Shown here: piece by piece, positions 14,088 through 24,125 of the stretch | Numbering within the stretch: the first letter of the stretch is position 1 | Layout: every line of letters starts with the position of its first letter | Origin: Hyphochytrium catenoides | Lineage: Eukaryota; Protista; Hyphochytriomycota | Assembly: GCA_900088475.1 (NCBI GenBank) | Contig: FLMG01003999.1 | Coordinates: forward strand, 79,694-143,693 | Reading direction: 5' to 3' | DNA length: 64,000 nucleotides | Notes under the pieces: generated by a model | Database searches by the model: none | What the model was told of the DNA's origin: nothing | What the model saw: the letters and a program-made list of their open reading frames with translations, nothing else | Translations under genes and position numbers: made by a program

Positions 14088-15885
14088 CTAGAATTCGTAG
14101 ACTCTGGGGCGCTGGACGTCCAGATCGGCGTAAAAGTCGTCGTAATCTGACGCCACTGTTGATAGTCTGGGCGGCGCCGGCGGGTTCAACGTCGTTTGAT
14201 GAGTCTTTGAGTTATCCTCCGACTTTATTCCACCTGCCGCGCGAAAGGCTGCTACAGGATATTCTGGAGTTTCCCTCTGCCCAGGATAGTGCTGATAGAG
14301 AGCACTGCTGTTTTCGAACCTGTATCCAAGCTTTGTAGCACTGGCCACTGAGTTGTTGGCAGAGGAAGAATACGACTGCTGCCTCTGGATTGCCCGTCGT
14401 GGTGGAGGCCTCGCCGGATAGGAGGTAAGGTTGCCGGGATGGTAGTATCGGGCTTGATGGAGAGGGTCGTGGTCCATGAAAGAAGAGTCTCGGTCTCCAC
14501 CTTTTCGCCTCATCATCACTGCTACCACCACGATGAGTGCTACGAACGCGCCACCCCCAGCCATTGCAATGGTCGCCCAAAGCGGCAACCCATCAGAGCT
14601 GTCCATTTCCATTTTGTCCGCCTCCTGTACGTCATCATCGCTTGAGGAAAGCGCCTCCGGATTATTCTTAGTATCGAGTGCATCCTCTCCTGGGACAGTT
14701 TGGAAGCTGAAGGCCTCAGGAAGGTTCAAATATTCGATCTTTGGGAAGACCGGTTTTAGATCAGAGCTGACTTGATTGAATGTAGCGTTATTTTCAAGCT
14801 TGTCTGTGATCTCCCGGAGGTGATCTTCCCGGGCAACAAAGAGGATCTCCACAGTAACAGCTGGTGCCTCCGGAGTCCCTCTCTGTGAGATGTTGATGAT
14901 GGCAGCGTTTAGGAGTAGAGAAACTCGGCGTCGAATGACGGCGATGAAGGCATCCGCTGTTGACTGAGTGAACTCCTCAGCTTTGACACCTTCAACTTTG
15001 ACTGGAGCTGTGAATTTTAATATGTCTGTGCGATGGGCGAAGAAGTGTCATTATCTACATCGTCCTTATTTCGAACAAACCCCTCAGAAGAAGAAGCACC
15101 TTACCTTGCGTCGGTTGCTCGTCAGTAGTAGGGCTGTCCTTCTCATTGGCATGGGTCTCCGGCACACTTGTCTCTTCTTCTGGCATGGCTGTCGTATTGT
15201 TGCTCGTCGACTCCGTATCACCTTCGACCGCAGTCTCGTTATTAGGGCTCAACGACGTCTCTAGGGTCGAGTTGACAGCGGGTAGTATCGACGCATCAGC
15301 TGGTGGGGTGCGAGAGGCACCTTCGCTCTTTGTCGGGTCCAGCTGAGACATAGAGCTCTCCTGATCCTTCCGCTCATCACCCTCTCCTTGCTCCCATTCT
15401 GTGGGGGTGGAACCAGGTTTACGATTGTTGGGAGAATTACTAGCCGTCAGGTTCGGTTTCGGCAGAGATGGGGAGGATGGGTTCCCAGTGCTGCTGCCGC
15501 CATCAGTGATTTGATGATTTTGATGAGAAGCCCCTTCACTGCTGCTAACTTGTATTGGGTTGCTGTCCGGCCGATCTTGTTTAACTGTATTACCCTTGTT
15601 GGTTGGAGTGGCGCTTACCGACGACATACCGTCCCCGACAGCTACGGTGGTGGCGGTGGATGAGGAAGGGTTATTGATGCTGTCTTTCTTTGAGGAGGCC
15701 ATGGGCGGCGTCTCGACAACAGAAGGTCGCCTGTTTGGAGAGGGCTCTTGGAGGTTTCTCGAGCGCCGAGCATCAAAGCGTCGCAGACTATCAATGTCAT
15801 CACTGCCATCTGTTTCGTTTAGTAATAGGGCTAAAAGACAGAGCAGCAACAACCGCCAAGAGCTGGCGCTACGGAACCGCCCCAT
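14088..15885 (-). CDS. Mucin-like type I membrane protein (signal peptide, S/T/P-rich stalk, folded juxtamembrane domain, single TM, Tyr-rich tail), 2 exons
   Basis: Hydrophobic leader LLLLCLLALLL and S/T/P/N-rich region. A GT-AG intron at about 15027-15105 joins ORF 15055-15885 to a frame continuing into ORF 14088-14852. TM segment WATIAMAGGGAFVALIVVVAVMM is followed by RRK. Confidence 0.8.
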
Positions 15886-17384
15886 ATTAAAGAAGCGCTA
15901 CGTTGCACGTGGGCTGAAACGCAGGAGGGAACAGTTACAAGCTATCTTCTTTCAGACTGTGGCATCTAAAAGAGCACCATCCGCTTCGAGGGTGCCCAGC
16001 TTTTCTTCCAGTAACAAATAGGAGACACAACCGCACTTGGTGAACGATCGTACTAGTGTATACTACTTTGAGTGGATATTCTTGTGATCTGTTATTAGTT
16101 CGTCTGCGTTGACAGCGCAACAAGGGCGAACTTAGCTCAATGTAAACGACCCGCAGGTGACCAAGTTCTGTGGGCCGATCTCGGCTCTGATGGCTAGGAA
16201 GGATTATCTGTTAATTCGCAAAGTCTTTGGCTTACAGGGGGAAACAGAGTCGGACATTGACAAGGTTTGGTAGGTCTGAGTAACTGCAAGGAGCTTGTGG
16301 GGCCATGACGCTGCTTCTTTCCCACCCCTACCAAGAGGCAGACCGGCTTTCCTGAATGATCCCACTGTTCTTTAAATGCCATTAATTGTACCTACAGCTA
16401 TCATACCAATGTGCTTCACCAATGAGAGCCCATTGTCCCTAGGTAGAACTTTGTAAAGCCAGTCGCAGCTACGGAAGAAGATTCGCCGTCCGTGTAGTAG
16501 CTCCACCTCTTCTCGGAGAAGAGGATCAGCATCCTCTCCGAGGGGCCTTCTACATATACGAACCAAGGTCAGAGAACACAGCTTGCCAACGCAACTGGAG
16601 TAGCCAGTGCACTACATTTCAGCAAATTATTATGGTCCTTCTTCCTTACTGTTCAGATAGAGCCTTTCGTAAGTCCTAAGTTCTAGGGAGAACTATTCTT
16701 ACTTGCTTTGAATCATTGTTTCTCTTTTTCTGATTCTTCTGGATGGTAGGAATGGTATGCTTGAAGTGGTCGGTACCAGAAGAAGGTCAAAGGGACTACT
16801 AACTAACTGTCGAGTGAATACTCAGTCTTCTATTTGTTTATATTGTTATTATGATGTCTTTCACACAAAAGAACTTACTTAAAGAAATATTAGTCCTGAT
16901 GAACAACCTTACTTTGGGGCTGGTTGGAACCTCAACTTGTAAGAAGCCACCGGCTCCAGAATGCAAGAACTAAAGCGGTTCGCTTGGAGGTGCGAAAGCA
17001 ACATGCAATCATGCAATTGTGTTGAATTAGAACTATCCAATGTCCGCTTAGAACTACAAGCTTAATCACTCAGGCTCACTGCTCCTGCCGTCTTACTGGT
17101 GAAATGGGCGCCTGTCCTTCGGCCTTTCCATGTGGCCTAAGAATTGTGTCGCGCGCGGTTCGTAAGCGGAGAACTCTCATTCAAACCAATCTACTTGCCT
17201 TTACTTTGACTGCGAACGGAGTTCTTCTGCCTCCACTACTTTGATTGTACCACAACTGTTTTACTTCCCTTTCTACTGAGTGAGAACTTGTACACTTTAA
17301 ATAATATTGAGTTCTGCTACTGTTGTCCCTGTTTGACAAATCGATAAGCAAATGTCGTACCTGTAGTAATCTGAAGTATAGAAG

Positions 17385-17922
17385 GACGCAGAACAGGCAG
17401 AACAGTTGCTTTGTCGGACAGCAATGCATTCTACTAGAGGTAGAACTACTTGGTGTACGGGTACAGACGAAGCCAGCTTTTCGGCACAGCGGTAAACGGC
17501 GCTGAACCGTACATTGGCGGCATAAGCTGGTTTGTACGTTCTCATCATGAACAATTACGCACGTGGAACAGTGAGTTTCAAGGAAACGAATGCCAATGTG
17601 GTCGGCCCATAAATAATAAGCGACGGCAGCAGTTAGCAGAAAGTGGATGTTAGTTGTCGGTTGTTGGTTATTACTTATTACCGTCCAGAAAGACAGTCGT
17701 AGCTCGCGCGTTCTTATTACTACACTGTCATCTCTCTTCGACAGTCTTTTGCTAATGCCTTTAGAAAGCCTCTAGAAGATCATGAGTTGAAACAAAATGA
17801 TGCCTCTAGAAAGCCTGGGCTGGTTTACTACCTTGCCCTCCAGTTGTTTGCCGAAATGGAGCGCAACCTCCAGTTATTTGCGGAAGCAGAGTGCAATATC
17901 AAAAGATGTCGTCAACTGTAAA
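17385..17922 (+). pseudogene. Decayed pentatricopeptide-repeat (PPR) gene fragment
   Basis: With small indels removed: TVISFDSLLNAFRK (from 17724), DASRKPGLVYYLALQLFAEMERN and NIK-DVVN (about 17896-17916). An upstream piece reads AMH-LLEVELLGVR-TDEASFSAAVNG. These match the PPR pattern V.tyn.li.ay.k.g....Al.lf.eM...gi.pdvv. Confidence 0.5.
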
Positions 17923-18181
17923 GGTCTGGACCTCCTCTCGCCCGTCGTGCTACCCAGCACATCGTGCGTGGTGATAATACTACGTGCGGCGCACGTACAA
18001 CCACTCGAGACATGTTTATTGCTGTCGTTCTGCTGGTTGAATATATAATGATGACGGTGGTTGTTTATGTGGTGGTGGTGCTGTTTCCTCCAGGTTGTAC
18101 ATTAGGAATAATATCGGCCTCCCACCACTACAGTACGGCGTACTGTAGTATCGTACATTATTATTTTAACTCTCTGGACTA

Positions 18182-18368
18182 CTGGATTTCTCTGCTTTCT
18201 CTGGTGCCATGACATCTTGGCTCAACAAAGAGGAACCATCGATGGACGATGGTGACGATGAAAGAGGAAGTGCTGCTACTGAAACGAACCGACGACGTCG
18301 TCGCCGCATCATAATACGACTTTACGCAGCGCGCGGGGGTGCGGGGGTTCCCCACCATCTTAATCTTT
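18182..18368 (+). pseudogene. Decayed thioredoxin/PDI-like fragment
   Basis: FTQRAGVRGFPTILIF (18321-18368) resembles the thioredoxin cis-Pro motif. Upstream, LDFSAF plus WCHD reads as LDFSAxWC after removing a 2-nt CT slip. An in-frame TAA lies between them. Confidence 0.55.
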
Positions 18369-18573
18369 ATCAACACAGGTACTATTAGCTTATTATCTGC
18401 CCGCAACAATCTAAAGGCTTTGAACTTCCACCATCCGTCAGAAAGCGTCGACAACTAATATTGACTACTAGTGATCGATGGTAGCGGTGTACGGTAATTA
18501 TTGATGATAGAGGTTTTTTTTTATGGTTGTGTGTGTTGTTGCATTAGTGGTGGGTTGGGTGGCATCTCATGAA

Positions 18574-18884
18574 GGAACTCCTCAAAATGAGGAGCATCAT
18601 GTTGTTGTGTGTCATGTTATCTCTTCTTCTTTTCTTCCGAGGATCCACTTCCGCCATCATGCTCCTCGATTTAAGAAGACCAGACCTTTTTTGGTGGAGC
18701 AATCAACCACCAGACGGACCGGTGAGGAGGCTCATCACCACGCAGCAGAGGAGGAGATATTTAGAACTACATTAGGTCAGACGACTAGCGACACAACAAA
18801 CATGGGGTCAGAGACGCGGTGTCGCCATCATTCATGACTTCCCACCGGCACTTTATTATTATAATCTGACTTCTTGCTGCCAAA
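18574..18884 (+). pseudogene. Decayed Ras/Rab-family small GTPase fragment
   Basis: GTPQNEE (G3-like), FFRGSTSAIMLLDLRRPDLF (YYRGA..aiivyDiT...tF-like, from 18632), NKHGVRDAVSP (G4 NKxD-like, 18795) and AAK (G5-like, 18876), in the correct order with plausible spacing; frameshifts and stops present. Confidence 0.5.
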
Positions 18885-19559
18885 CTTCGGTCGCCCTTCC
18901 TTCAATAATCATGATGGCCTTCTATTAGAAGAAGTAGAGGCAACCAACAAGAAGTATCCGTGTAATCTTTCCATGATAATAGTAGATTCTTCATTGCCCT
19001 TCTTCCTTTTGTTCCTGAGTTTCTATATGTCAGGAATAGTTGTTTGCTAGTGCTACTGTAGGAAACAGTATTTGTAGTTCCCCAAGGCACTTGAAAAACA
19101 GCGTCGTACAAGTACTGTACATACAGTTATCATGTTATCATCTGGTTATCATCTGGTACATGTATTTCGTACGTATTTCCATATTGCTTTGTTGCTTTAT
19201 CAGTATTCTGGATCAAAGTATCTTGGATTCGGAATGCTCTTTGCTCTGTCTGCTCTGTGAAGGTCGCATGGTCCCTTTTATTTAGTACGGTACGGTAGAA
19301 GGCGGGGTTTGGCCAAGAAAACGAGAGAGAGATTCAAAGGCAATGAGACAGTTGAAAGGTAGGAGAATGTAGAGCTTGGGATGGGTGGGCCTCTCCCATC
19401 GTAGCCATGGCTTTTACAAAAAAGTTGACGGGTGGAGAACTTTGAATGCAGATAACTGGGTTCTCTCTGGCGGAGGCTCTCAAACGGGACCCACTTTCAA
19501 ATTGGTTGCTTGAAGCTTCAATCTTCACCTCATCTGCTGACCGCGACGAAGGCGCAATA

Positions 19560-20138
19560 ATGGGAGACGAACAGATCGTTGAAAGTCTTCGGCTGTCCTC
19601 GAAGCCTGAAGGCAAGAAGCGAGGCCCACCTTCGAGCAGCTGGGTATGGAATTATGCTCGTCATCTCAATGATAAGGATGACAGAGAGCTGCTGCAGAAA
19701 CATGCAGACAAAAAGAAACCCGTTATGTGTAACATCTGCAAGCATATCATGGATGTCGCGCACGGTTCAACCAACGTGAATCGCCATATGATGAGCGTCC
19801 ACAAGATAAACGATGAGGGAAGCAATAGCAGGAGGGCCAGACGTAGCTCAGCAGCTCCTGCAACCCCTCCAGGCGAACATATGAAGAATCCCGATAGCGA
19901 TTCGTGCCATGGCTCCAGCTCAGGAGACGATGCGAATCGGCCAGGCTCAGGTCCAGCTAGGAAGAGAAAGAAATCAGCTGGACTCACCGATGGAACGGTG
20001 TTGTTATCGCTTCAACCAATCCATACAAGCAAAAACCAGTTTCAGCGGCTAGAGGACAAAATTGATAAGCTAACCAAGCTTCAAGAGGAAACCAATCGTA
20101 CTTTGCTGCAAATGCTAGATGTCATGAGGACAAAGTAA
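19560..20138 (+). CDS. Intronless BED zinc-finger protein with C-terminal coiled coil
   Basis: SSWVWNYA...VMCNICKHIM...GSTNVNRHMMSVHKI fits the BED W-x-aromatic, CxxC, HxxxxH pattern. NLS-like PARKRKK and coiled coil FQRLEDKIDKLTKLQEETNRTLLQML. ORF is open from 19446; ATG 19560 is more likely. Confidence 0.85.
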   Translation: MGDEQIVESLRLSSKPEGKKRGPPSSSWVWNYARHLNDKDDRELLQKHADKKKPVMCNICKHIMDVAHGSTNVNRHMMSVHKINDEGSNSRRARRSSAAPATPPGEHMKNPDSDSCHGSSSGDDANRPGSGPARKRKKSAGLTDGTVLLSLQPIHTSKNQFQRLEDKIDKLTKLQEETNRTLLQMLDVMRTK

Positions 20139-20572
20139 GTCGCCGCATACTTTGATTTGCTTTTTCTAAAGGTTCATCACTCCTAACCTTTCCTTACCCC
20201 TCCTTCCAAGGACTGTATAAATAAGAGGCTGTTAAACCTTATGTTGCTTGCTGATCATTCATACGCTAGCACGGCGTGCCTGGAGCTCACTTTCTGTTAG
20301 TGACTGCACCAGAGGGGGCTGTAACACTAGCGGAGATTGGGCAGGATGGGTGTGGTCGATAAACTAACACTTCATAGTAGAGTTGGGACGTGAGTGCCTT
20401 CTACTTAAGCTAGTGGGCTGTCTCTATTCTTCCTACCGCGCCTACATTTTTGCGCCCTTTGTTAATATACGATACGATAGTTGCCTGCCTCGGGGCTCTT
20501 ATTGGCTGTTGTGCATCTGCATAATCACCCAATGACGTCAAGACGTGTCCGCGCATTGGGGGCGTCGTGGGA

Positions 20573-20588
20573 AGGGGCTAATTAGTCA
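20573..20588 (+). repeat. Direct repeat copy 1 (AGGGGCTAATTAGTCA)
   Basis: Identical 16-mer at 22993-23008, with weaker similarity in the flanks. Confidence 0.7.
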
Positions 20589-21570
20589 TGTTCAACCAAA
20601 GGCCAGAATCGCCTCTCCACGCGAAGGCGGTAAATCTAAGACTTCTTACATCCGCTATCTAGTGGTAGTACTCTGTCACCTCACTTTGGGTTCTGATCAG
20701 TATGTGTCACTCGGAACGTCCGCTTAGCGACCTCGTCAAAGTTTTATCGGCACATTATATAAAGGAATAAGGGGCCACTGCTCAAGCAAACTGAATCAAA
20801 GTCTCGTACAGTAGAAGCTCCACAACTCAGCCTTATTAATGCATTTGACATGCCTCTTCTGTCTTTTGCTCGTTCCTCTTTATGCGACGACGGCGTGAAC
20901 CCAAATGATAGAGTGGAAAACCTATGTGTCAGTTCGCTGGCCTGCTCATCGTGAAGTTTGTAGTTGTTGTGAGTTTGTACGGCTCCTGCAATCGCACTCA
21001 ATGTTAGTGTTACATTGTATGTACGGTCACAAACCCACACAAACACCCCACCCTCAAGTAGATGTTCGTCCTATGTTGTTGCGTTCAGGTCGTTACATTT
21101 TCTTCCAGAGAGACAAACTCTTAGCTGCGTCGTGTAAACGCCATCGCCTTACTCGCTCCTAATAATATCTCTTAGAGTGTTTTTCTTAGCCGGCCTGGAT
21201 AGTCATGACAGCACACCGCGGGGCTAGAGCGCGGGCCCGGTAACAGCGACGGATGAGCAAGAAAGAGTAAGAACAGAAAGGAACCAGCAGCAGTAAAAGG
21301 TCATGATTGAGTTTGGACCGTGAACAACACATCTGATCATAGGAAAGACAATTGGTGCATGAAGCTCAAGTTTCTCGATCGGTGTGACGGCGCGATTCTC
21401 TGTAAGTGCCACACGCGTATAAACAAGAGCAGATAGCAGCCCAGTACAAAGTACTCAACAACAGAACTTCATTGGAGGCGACTACCAAGCTTCCACCGGG
21501 ACTAAGGCACCGTCGACGTTTGGAAGCAACTGCTATTTCGTTTAGAGTGAAGATAGGCCTTTATTCGAGA

Positions 21571-22122
21571 ATGGCAGCGGCTGATAAAATCAGCATAGAC
21601 CAAGAGTTCGAGGCCCTGAAGAAGGCCTCCAACAGAGCCGCCGACGTCAACAGAAGAAATGATGAGAAGGACGTCAATAGCTCCTACAAGTCCGGAACAA
21701 GTCCGTCAAAACTCGGCTCCGCACAGACGAGCCCATTGAAGAACGTGGGTACCAAAATCCTGCTGGACTCGGCTTCAGATGGTGCACGGGGATGGGATAA
21801 AGAGGAGAAAAAGGTTGTTGGTTCGACTTCCTCCCCTTCTAAGAACTCTGCAAACGGACACAGTCTCCTGTCTAGCGCTGGTATTGACTTTCTCGGGAGC
21901 AGCAGTCCAGGTCGTGGCGAGCAAAAATCTCCTCATCGAGCACCAGTTGATAGCATAGCCGAACCGAAAGGTCATGAGATATCAGGCGCAAAGCTGCCTT
22001 CTCCTGGGAGACAGACCAAAGCCCTTGCAGAAGAACTCAAAGTTGACGATGGTTTGGATTGTTTGAGCAAGGAGATTAACAATCAAAGCTGTCACAGAGT
22101 AGGAAAGAAAGCCGATAAGTAG
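21571..22122 (+). CDS. Hypothetical Ser/Lys-rich, mostly disordered protein
   Basis: Long stop-free ORF (open from 21406), ATG 21571 MAAADKISIDQEFEALKKASNRAAD, many SP sites; no recognisable domain. Confidence 0.6.
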   Translation: MAAADKISIDQEFEALKKASNRAADVNRRNDEKDVNSSYKSGTSPSKLGSAQTSPLKNVGTKILLDSASDGARGWDKEEKKVVGSTSSPSKNSANGHSLLSSAGIDFLGSSSPGRGEQKSPHRAPVDSIAEPKGHEISGAKLPSPGRQTKALAEELKVDDGLDCLSKEINNQSCHRVGKKADK

Positions 22123-22573
22123 TGGAAAAATCCAAGGGTGACAGGTTAGAAACCTGCTAAGGTTTGGAAGCCGCTGCGAGTGACACTGTGAGCACATTCC
22201 ACAGTCTTTCTGCCAAGCTCGCACAGCTATATAACTAGCATTTCCTCCACTCTTCACTGGGCAGATGTCCGTAGACAATTCTATAGTCCTCCTTTATATG
22301 CATAGTTAACAAGAAAATGTGTGAGAAGCTTTGGCTATCTCGTGAGACCCTGCCTTTGCCAGACAACCCAGCGAAGGCCGTTGGTAGGTGAAATGTGGCT
22401 GAGGAGAGGCGAATGCGTCACAGCTTGCAAGACACGCTAATGGGGAAGGATGACAGCACTAGGACCACAATGCGTTATTAAGGTTCCTTCATCAAGTGGA
22501 AGAAAGCGGTTGATGACACTCCGGAGGGATAAAGAATCTTAAATATACGGAGACCATAGGAAAACTTGGTCAA

Positions 22574-22636
22574 CACTCGTTGGCGACTGTCTGTGAGAAC
22601 ATGGGAGTCCACTTTTTTGAGCTGGGAGACTGGTAA
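22574..22636 (+). pseudogene. Possible decayed TPR repeat fragment
   Basis: HSLATVCENMGVHFFELGDW* resembles the TPR consensus lA..y.NlG..y...Gdy; surrounded by stops. Confidence 0.35.
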
Positions 22637-22992
22637 AGACAATCGATAGATGCCAGTACTCGAAGTTGACCCTCCAGACAGAGTTTGTTGGAGAACGTGG
22701 CGCATGAGTTCTAAGATGTGTTAGCCGATGCCAGTCCTTCTTGGCGATGTTCTATCCTGTCTATCTCTTGACGTAGGGGGCCGCCGATGTGATATCCCTG
22801 CAATAGGCAGGCGTTTAGCATTACCGCGACGATTCATCCGCATTCTCCGTGGTCTGTGCCAAAGTAAGTAAGGCTGATAAAGTGGCGATGACAATGTGAA
22901 AAATCGTAATGCCACCCCGTCCGGGCGACTACCAGGTTAATAGGAACTAATACGACGGCATTGGAAGTCAACACTGAACTAGAGGTGGCAGC

Positions 22993-23008
22993 AGGGGCTA
23001 ATTAGTCA
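22993..23008 (+). repeat. Direct repeat copy 2 (AGGGGCTAATTAGTCA)
   Basis: Identical to 20573-20588. Confidence 0.7.
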
Positions 23009-24125
23009 GCTATTCCAACGAAGACTCTACTAGGCAACTAGCTGTGGGCTCTTTGATGCCATCACTTCCATATTTGTATCCTCTCGCTCTGCGCCGTAGC
23101 TCCCTGTATTCAGAAATCACTAGGCTGCTGATAGAGTGTGGAACTGGGCCTTGAGCTTTCTTACGTCAATAATGTGGTCCATGGAGATCGCAGCAACTGC
23201 TGCTAAAGAAACTACTCTCTGCGCTGTGTGTTACCTGATGCAGACACAAAGAGGACCAGCACGGTATCTTCTTTGCCTATGACGTGGAGCTATGCGGAGA
23301 AGATCATCGTGCAGACTCAGAAATAGATAGCCTGCCTGAGCCCAATGAGGGGAAAACCAAATTGCCCAATGGCAGGACCTACTTTCCCGCAGCTTGGAGC
23401 ACGAAGATTCGAAGGAAGCATGGACGAAAAGCTACGAAGCTCAGCTCTTAAACATTGCTGAGCTTTGCCTCTTGAAGACCTTTTAGTGCTTTGCTTGTGA
23501 GCTTGTGAGCCCGACTGAGGTCTTCCTCTGTCTCTCTGCTCAGTTTCTCTCTCTCTCTCCTACGTACTGTGTCTTCGGGTCTTCGGGTTTCGGTGTGTTT
23601 GCTCCCAGACTCCCAGAGATCGTGGTCTTTGGACGGGTGTACATTCCTTTAGTCCCTATTTTCGGTATTCCTTTGTTTTTGGTCCTCGCAAGTTAAAGAA
23701 CCCCAGGATCACCCGAATACTCGAGGAATAAAAATAGGGAAGAAGTTTCTTCCACTTCTTGCTTTCGGTTCGATTAGAAAGAACAGCCGGTATGGTATGT
23801 GAAGAGAACTGAAGATGAAGACCGCCAGTGCGCCACTGTATCGCGCTAATGAGAGCTTCTTACCTGCTCTCAAAGCATCCGCATCAATAGGTAACTCTGG
23901 TCTGTGACTTCTGACAACGCGTCCCAACATTAGGACAGGCCGCGTGACGTCTTCGAACTCCATAGAGGTTCATAGGACCACTATCTGCAGTTCTCCCGTG
24001 AGGTAGGCAGGGTGGCAAACGGACCTGAAGAACTGCCCTGGGCAAGAAGAGAAAGGGCAGGCAAGTAGTGATTCGAAAGGAAGTATTGATTGGCGGAGAG
24101 CGCCGAGAAGAAGTGAGCCCTGGTC

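Noticed and set aside
18569-18775. Tyrosine-recombinase box I reading of LFFRGSTSAIMLLDL
   Set aside because: No HxxR or Tyr motif downstream; the small-GTPase reading explains more motifs in order.
20533-20540. TGACGTCA (CRE/aureochrome-type bZIP site)
   Set aside because: A single 8-mer is expected by chance about once in 64 kb.
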